Shown: positions 59,901 to 64,000 of the stretch, in pieces
How the letters are laid out: the number at the start of each line of letters is the position of its first letter
Position numbering within the stretch: position 1 is the first letter of the stretch
Source: Thermoplasmata archaeon UBA61
GTDB lineage: Archaea > Thermoplasmatota > Thermoplasmata > Lutacidiplasmatales > UBA184
DNA: 64,000 nucleotides
NCBI GenBank assembly: GCA_002503985.1
Contig: DASW01000006.1
Span: forward strand, 30,080-94,079
Direction: 5' to 3'
Program-made: the position numbers and the translations under genes
The notes under the pieces: generated by a model
Told to the model about the DNA's origin: nothing
Database searches by the model: none
Seen by the model: the letters and a program-made list of their open reading frames with translations, nothing else

Positions 59901-62900
59901 ATTGAACGAGACCATCCACGTGTACGTCACCGTGCCGCTGCCACCGAGGGCGGCGGGCAATGTATCGGTCGCAGCGGGCGGCGTCTGCCCCTGGTCGATC
60001 GTTGCGGTCGACACCGAGGGGGCACTCGCGCTCGCAAGTGCCGCGTTCACTGTCACTGAGGCAGAGGCAGAAGTGGAAGTGGCCCCGGTGTTATCGGTTA
60101 CGTTGAGTTCGAAGCTGTACGACCCGGTCAGGGTCGCCCCCGACGTGACGAAACTGCAGGTCAGCGTCGTCGGTGCCAGACAATCGGTCACGGAAGAATA
60201 CGATCCGGCTCCCGGCGCCTTCTCGAGCCACTGGTAGCTGTACGGAGTCGTTCCGGTTGTTGGCGCGGAGACCGTGATTGTCACCGTCTGTCCCTGGTCC
60301 ACCGTCTGCGTGGCCGGGTTCGGGGCAGGAACGACCAGTTCCGTGTTCACAGTGACGGTAACGGAGTTGGAGGTTGACGGGGTCCCTGTGGTATCGGTCA
60401 CCTGCAGTTCGAACGCCCAAACGCCGGTGGTCGACAGAACACCGGTCGAAGTGCTCGGTGTGCTCGTGGTGTTACAGCCGGACGTGAACGATGAGCCGAG
60501 GTTGACGTAGCTTCCACCCGGAGCTTTGACGAGCCATTGGCAGGTGTAAGGGGACGTGCCTCCGCTGAACGAGGTCGTCGTGGAGAGCAGCGCGCTCTGC
60601 CCCGAGTCGATCGTGGTCGGAACGACGGAGATCACCGGGGCGGAGAGCGTCACGGCGACCAGAACCGTCACGGCGTTCGACACTACCGGTGCCCCGGTGT
60701 TGTCCGTAACCCGGAGCTCGAAGCTCCAAGTACCAACTGTCGACAGAGGACCGGTCGAAGTGCTCGGTGTGCTGGTGGTAGTGCAGCCGGCACTGAAGGA
60801 TGAACCGAGATCGGTGTAGCTTCCCCCCGGAGCTTTGACGAGCCACTGACAGGTGTAGGGGGATGTGCCTCCGCTGAACGAGGTCGTCGTGGAGAGCGTC
60901 GAGGACTGACCGCTGTCGATCGCCGCCGGAGCGGCCGAGATCGTCGGTGCGGTGAGAGCGCCGTTGACCAGGACCGTCACCGCGTTCGAATCAACAACCT
61001 CGGTCGGACTCCCGCTGTCCGTCACCTGGAGCTCAAAGCTCCATGTCCCTGTGGTCGCGAGGGTGCCGGTCGATACGGTCGGTAGGTCGCCTACATTGCA
61101 GCTGAACGACACGCCAAGATCGGCGTAGCTTCCGCCCGGGGCTTCCTCCAGCCACTGGCAGGTGTAGGGTGGTGTGCCTGCACTGAACGACGTCGTCGCA
61201 GAGAGCGTCGATGACTGACCGCTGTCAATGGCCGTCGGAGCGACCGCGATCACGGGCGCGGCCAGCGCCGAGGCGACCGTCACTTCCACCGCGTTGGAGG
61301 GAGAGGTGTATCCCGGTACCCCACTGTCCGAGACCACCGCACAGTAGTACGTCGTCCCGGGCGATGACGTGCTCGGTGTGAAGGAGGTTCCCGGCGTCGA
61401 CGTGTCTGTCGAGGAGGCGCTGCAGGAGGAGGTGGCGGAACTATACCACTCGACCGGATCCGAGTTCGGTCCGAAATAGGTCATCGTCGCCGTCAGCGTG
61501 GCCGCTGTCTGCCCCACGTCATAGGCCAAGGGTCCGGTCGGCGCGACAGCGACCGTCGGGTCTAGATATACGGTGTATGTCGCCGACGCGCTGTTCACCC
61601 CGTCCGATGCCATCATCGTCCGTGCGCCGCTCGACACCGGGGGAATCGTCACCGTGCACGAGAGATCCCCCACGCTGTCTGAGCCGCAGCTCGACGTCGC
61701 CGGAGCCCCGTCTAGCGTGAAGGTGATTGGCTGAGATGCCGCAAAGCCAGTCCCTGTCGCGCCCGTAGTGCCTCCCACATCCCCGCTCGTTGGGCTCAGT
61801 GAGAGGAAGGCGTTCACGGTAAACGTGGTCGTGGCGCTGTTCGTACCGTCCGACGCGTCCACCGTCTCCGCTCCGGCCGGCGCTGGCGGTACCGTGAAAT
61901 CGCAGCTGAAGCTCCCCGTCGAGTCGGTGTTGAGGGAACCGGAAGTACACGATAGCGATACCCCATTGAGCGTGAACGTCGAGATCGTCACCGAGCTTCC
62001 AAAGCCCGTTCCCGTCGCCACTACCCCGGGGGTCCCGACGATGCCGCTGGTCGGGCTAGTGGTCAGGCTCGCGTCGAGCGTGAACTGGCTCGACGCCGCT
62101 ACGACGAACGTGCCACTCGGAGCCGTCGTCCATACCTCCACGTAGTACAGCCCACCCGGCATGGAGGGAATTGTGATGCTGCCGCTGAATGAGCCGTCCG
62201 AATCTGTCGGACCGAACGACACGCAGTAGGTGCTCTGCGTTTCCGAGGTTGCGTCGAAGCACACGTAATAGCTCGTGTCCGCCGCCAAACCGTCGGCCGT
62301 CAGGGTGTCCGAACTGCCTACCGTGCCGCTGTAGGAGCTCAACGAAACTGAAGGGTCCACCGTGAAGGAGGAAGTTGCGGTGATCGTTCCGTTATCTGTC
62401 GTGGTCGCTGTGATCGAATAACTCCCCGCCGTCGTCGTCGGTATCGTGATCGTGCATGTGAACGACCCGTCTAGCCCCACGGTAACCGGTCCTCCGATGC
62501 AGGCGAGGTCCACGCTGTTGAAGGCCGCCTGCACTTGGTCGCTGGGCGTGAACGAGGAGCCCGTCAGCACCGTCGTGCTCCCGACGATACCGCTTGTCGG
62601 GTTGATCGTGAGCACCGCACCCGCGAACGGTTCAAGGAAACTTGAGCCAGGAGAAGCCGAAGAACTGGGAGCTATAGAGGGAGGATTTGAATGGAGGGAG
62701 GAACCGACGGCCGCATTCGAGCCACCGACCGTGACCGTAAAGGTTTGGCTCGTGGAACTCGCGGTCGAACCTATCGCCGTCGCGGATGCGTGCGAACCAC
62801 CGGACGATGACGCGGGAGACACGACCAGCCCGAGCGGGCCCAGGGCGGCGGCGCCCAGCATGATGATCGATACGACAATGGCGAACCCTACAGCGCGCTT

Positions 62901-62927
62901 GCGCGGTGACAGGACATGTGCGTTCAT
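56997..62927 (-). CDS. giant Ser/Thr-rich surface protein (1976 aa) with tandem Ig-like domains, C-terminal TM and cytoplasmic tail
   Basis: N-terminal hydrophobic signal; ~4 IPT-like PTSG...TG..F domains; ~13 repeats of ~100-110 aa with Y(T/S)xQW...C...FELxVTD; TM IGIVIVVLVVVLLAALVLL-RRGR. Confidence 0.88.
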   Translation of the reverse strand: MNAHVLSPRKRAVGFAIVVSIIMLGAAALGPLGLVVSPASSSGGSHASATAIGSTASSTSQTFTVTVGGSNAAVGSSLHSNPPSIAPSSSASPGSSFLEPFAGAVLTINPTSGIVGSTTVLTGSSFTPSDQVQAAFNSVDLACIGGPVTVGLDGSFTCTITIPTTTAGSYSITATTTDNGTITATSSFTVDPSVSLSSYSGTVGSSDTLTADGLAADTSYYVCFDATSETQSTYCVSFGPTDSDGSFSGSITIPSMPGGLYYVEVWTTAPSGTFVVAASSQFTLDASLTTSPTSGIVGTPGVVATGTGFGSSVTISTFTLNGVSLSCTSGSLNTDSTGSFSCDFTVPPAPAGAETVDASDGTNSATTTFTVNAFLSLSPTSGDVGGTTGATGTGFAASQPITFTLDGAPATSSCGSDSVGDLSCTVTIPPVSSGARTMMASDGVNSASATYTVYLDPTVAVAPTGPLAYDVGQTAATLTATMTYFGPNSDPVEWYSSATSSCSASSTDTSTPGTSFTPSTSSPGTTYYCAVVSDSGVPGYTSPSNAVEVTVASALAAPVIAVAPTAIDSGQSSTLSATTSFSAGTPPYTCQWLEEAPGGSYADLGVSFSCNVGDLPTVSTGTLATTGTWSFELQVTDSGSPTEVVDSNAVTVLVNGALTAPTISAAPAAIDSGQSSTLSTTTSFSGGTSPYTCQWLVKAPGGSYTDLGSSFSAGCTTTSTPSTSTGPLSTVGTWSFELRVTDNTGAPVVSNAVTVLVAVTLSAPVISVVPTTIDSGQSALLSTTTSFSGGTSPYTCQWLVKAPGGSYVNLGSSFTSGCNTTSTPSTSTGVLSTTGVWAFELQVTDTTGTPSTSNSVTVTVNTELVVPAPNPATQTVDQGQTVTITVSAPTTGTTPYSYQWLEKAPGAGSYSSVTDCLAPTTLTCSFVTSGATLTGSYSFELNVTDNTGATSTSASASVTVNAALASASAPSVSTATIDQGQTPPAATDTLPAALGGSGTVTYTWMVSFNAGAYAMATATQCATPSGTASDGEVVNCVIGVAASVGTYAYELQLKDSATTPVTTISLASSVATVNTTLTTTVAPTPSVTTLDADQAMTVTGTIPSTGTPTYSWQWLISVNGGTYVATTQCLVNNGIGDGAGAGVTCAILGDTLTASTFYNFELQVTDSASAPETVPSSPSSTVTTSLALTAGTPTPSAPVLDLGQSVVLTAHPSGGSGGDTFQWYWGATGAACLALTSQVLDATASTYEAGPATTTYYCYVVMDSNFDSSPSTAEGVTVNSALTAPNAPTMSTTALDVDQALTGTGVIPSTGTSPYSWQWLVSVNGGSYALATMCSVSEGSGAGVGDTETCSIEAGTLTVGATYAFELQVTDGATTPETETSAFSSSVIVSPALTAPVAPTVSATALDVDQTLMVAGTMPSTGTPTYSWQWLVSVNGGAYAPATQCTQNSGSGASAGATARCNIATGTLTVGDTYTFELKVSDSATPLETQTSRSSSTISVNLGLTAPGTPPVSATLLDVDQTLTLTGVIPSTGTASYSWQWLVSVSGGAYATTKECVVNNGTAATAGATETCSIPTNTLTVGATYIFELRVTDSASTPETLSSSASATVTVSSALVAGTPTPSSLSIDSGQSITVTASPSGGSGPYTYQWYSGSTASSCTALGTPISGATLATYSASPTTTTYYCYVVTDSATSPETQTSSASATVAVSSALTAPIVPTVSATSLASNEVLNVTASIPSTGTPTYSWQWLVSVNGGAFAPATQCAVNSGSRAAAGSLETCSIAANSLTAGNTYAFELRVTDSASSPVTQTSAAAAAVTVTTPSSGSSIPWDYIGIVIVVLVVVLLAALVLLRRGRPHVGGGPHAGGKPHAAGGAAAPMHAWQEGPAPSVGEGPAASAPAYLETTEEVGHGPSVGAPAMAGGPAVDAGVPGMPEGEPDIDVLMGELDRISVDILKKPTKKATGRKGETLTEDDDFSS

Positions 62928-62969
62928 CGGTTACCTCGGTGGCGGCTTCTACGGACCCTTGGGACATCC

Positions 62970-63130
62970 GCTTCGAGAGCGAGTACGCGGCACAGGCAAG
63001 CGGCTCTTCGTGCGGAGAGAATCATGTTAGACTCGCACTTGTTCCTTCTCAGGTACTCGTTCACTTGCCGGTGTGACCACGCGACTCAGCGTGGCGACGA
63101 CCCGACAATTCATCTGAAAAACGATTGTGG
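62970..63130 (-). promoter_or_regulatory. structured 5' leader (pseudoknot ladder) of the surface-protein gene
   Basis: Helices 63062-77/62988-63002, 63053-59/62980-86, 63047-51/62974-78; hairpins 63010-38 and 63077-94; AAAGCTTAAT BRE/TATA-like at 63137-46. Confidence 0.5.
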
Positions 63131-63377
63131 CAGGCATTAAGCTTTCTAGCGCCGCCGGTTCGTATAACTCCTCACGAACGGGTCGACAGTCGGTACGAGC
63201 GGTCGTTTCTGACCGAGAACGTCCCCGAAAGGCACGGAGCGAGACTCAAGGGCTGAGTTCGGCCTGAGAAGCCGGTCCCACGCCGGTTAAACCGACTGCC
63301 GTGCCGGCGCTGATCGGACGGCTCCGCGATATCGACGGCGGAAGCGGCAGCGAACCGCCGACCTGCGCGGGAGGTGG

Positions 63378-64000
63378 TCACGAGGACTTGTTGTCGTTCT
63401 TGGCGGCTTCCCCGCCCTGCCCGCCCGTTCCGGGCTTCTGAGTCTTCTTCTGGACCTCGCCGCTCAGCTTGTCGAGCTCGGCCATGAGGGCCGCGATATC
63501 GGACTCCGCCCCCCCGGGCTCGGTGGGCGCGGGGGGTGGGGAAGGTGGCGGCGCTGGTCCGCTCACCATCACGGGAACGATGATGGGCGGCGCTTGGCCG
63601 ACATCCTCGGGCGTCTCCAGGTACGCGGGCGCGGCGGCCGGAGGTCCCTCGCCAGTGGAGGGTCCGGGTCCTTCCTCCCAGGCCTGCATCGGGGGCGCCG
63701 CTGCAACCGGGGGCCGACGACGTCGAAGGACGATAACCGACGCGAGAACGATCACGGCGATGGCAATCAGAAGGTATATCCAGAACCACGGGAAGCTCGA
63801 CGACGTCTTCGTCACCGTCACGGTCGGTGTTGCCGCTGAAGTCTGTGTCTCCGGCGACAACGAGCTATCCGTAACCCGGAGTTCGAACGCATACGTGTCT
63901 CCCGCCGTCAGTGGGTCGGCTGTGATGGAACACGTTACCGTGGCACCCGAACTCGCTCCCGCACCGCTGTTCACGACGCATTGCGTCGCGGGTACGTAGG
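63378..64000 (-). CDS. paralogous Ig-repeat surface protein, 3' part (continues beyond window)
   Basis: Same repeat (TQCVVNSGAGA...YAFELRVTDS), TM, and conserved tail AWEEGP...APAYLET...DIAALMAELDKLS. Confidence 0.85.
   Translation of the reverse strand, partial: YVPATQCVVNSGAGASSGATVTCSITADPLTAGDTYAFELRVTDSSLSPETQTSAATPTVTVTKTSSSFPWFWIYLLIAIAVIVLASVIVLRRRRPPVAAAPPMQAWEEGPGPSTGEGPPAAAPAYLETPEDVGQAPPIIVPVMVSGPAPPPSPPPAPTEPGGAESDIAALMAELDKLSGEVQKKTQKPGTGGQGGEAAKNDNKSS

Noticed and set aside
57600..61300. CRISPR-like repeats
   Set aside because: The repeats are spaced at multiples of ~310-330 nt and are in-frame protein domain repeats; no cas genes are present.

Overview
A high-GC archaeal chromosomal segment, most likely Thermoplasmata. 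That assignment is an inference from the thermosome, rpl21e-rpoF-DUF655-ksgA operon, Pus10, aIF-2beta-TRAM, deoxyhypusine synthase, XerA and a DUF6015-like gene. About 60 CDSs are supportable. They include housekeeping genes (metG, valS, class II lysS, thyX, ncsA, tldD/pmbA, tnaA, menC-like) and two tRNAs (Cys-GCA, Lys-CTT). An accessory-looking stretch after tRNA-Lys ends in two tandem paralogous Ig-repeat surface-protein genes (one giant, one truncated by the window edge). No CRISPR array, rRNA or transposase was seen. The most unusual signal is non-coding. An intergenic segment at ~10210-10415 holds four abutting helices whose partner strands lie in the SAME (parallel) order (A-B-C-D ... 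A'-B'-C'-D') around a central hairpin, with all G.U wobbles on the + strand. A similar multi-pseudoknot 'ladder' lies in the 5' leader of the giant surface-protein gene (~62970-63095), and a weaker one lies upstream of a secreted G1 protease (~17790-17890). Other oddities: an in-frame Kelch-MFS chimera, a frameshifted HExxH peptidase, a dif-like site over the xerA promoter, an obligate non-ATG/GTG/TTG (CTG) start for valS, and a conserved LD-like cytoplasmic tail on the surface proteins. All structures were found by eye; no folding or database search was run.
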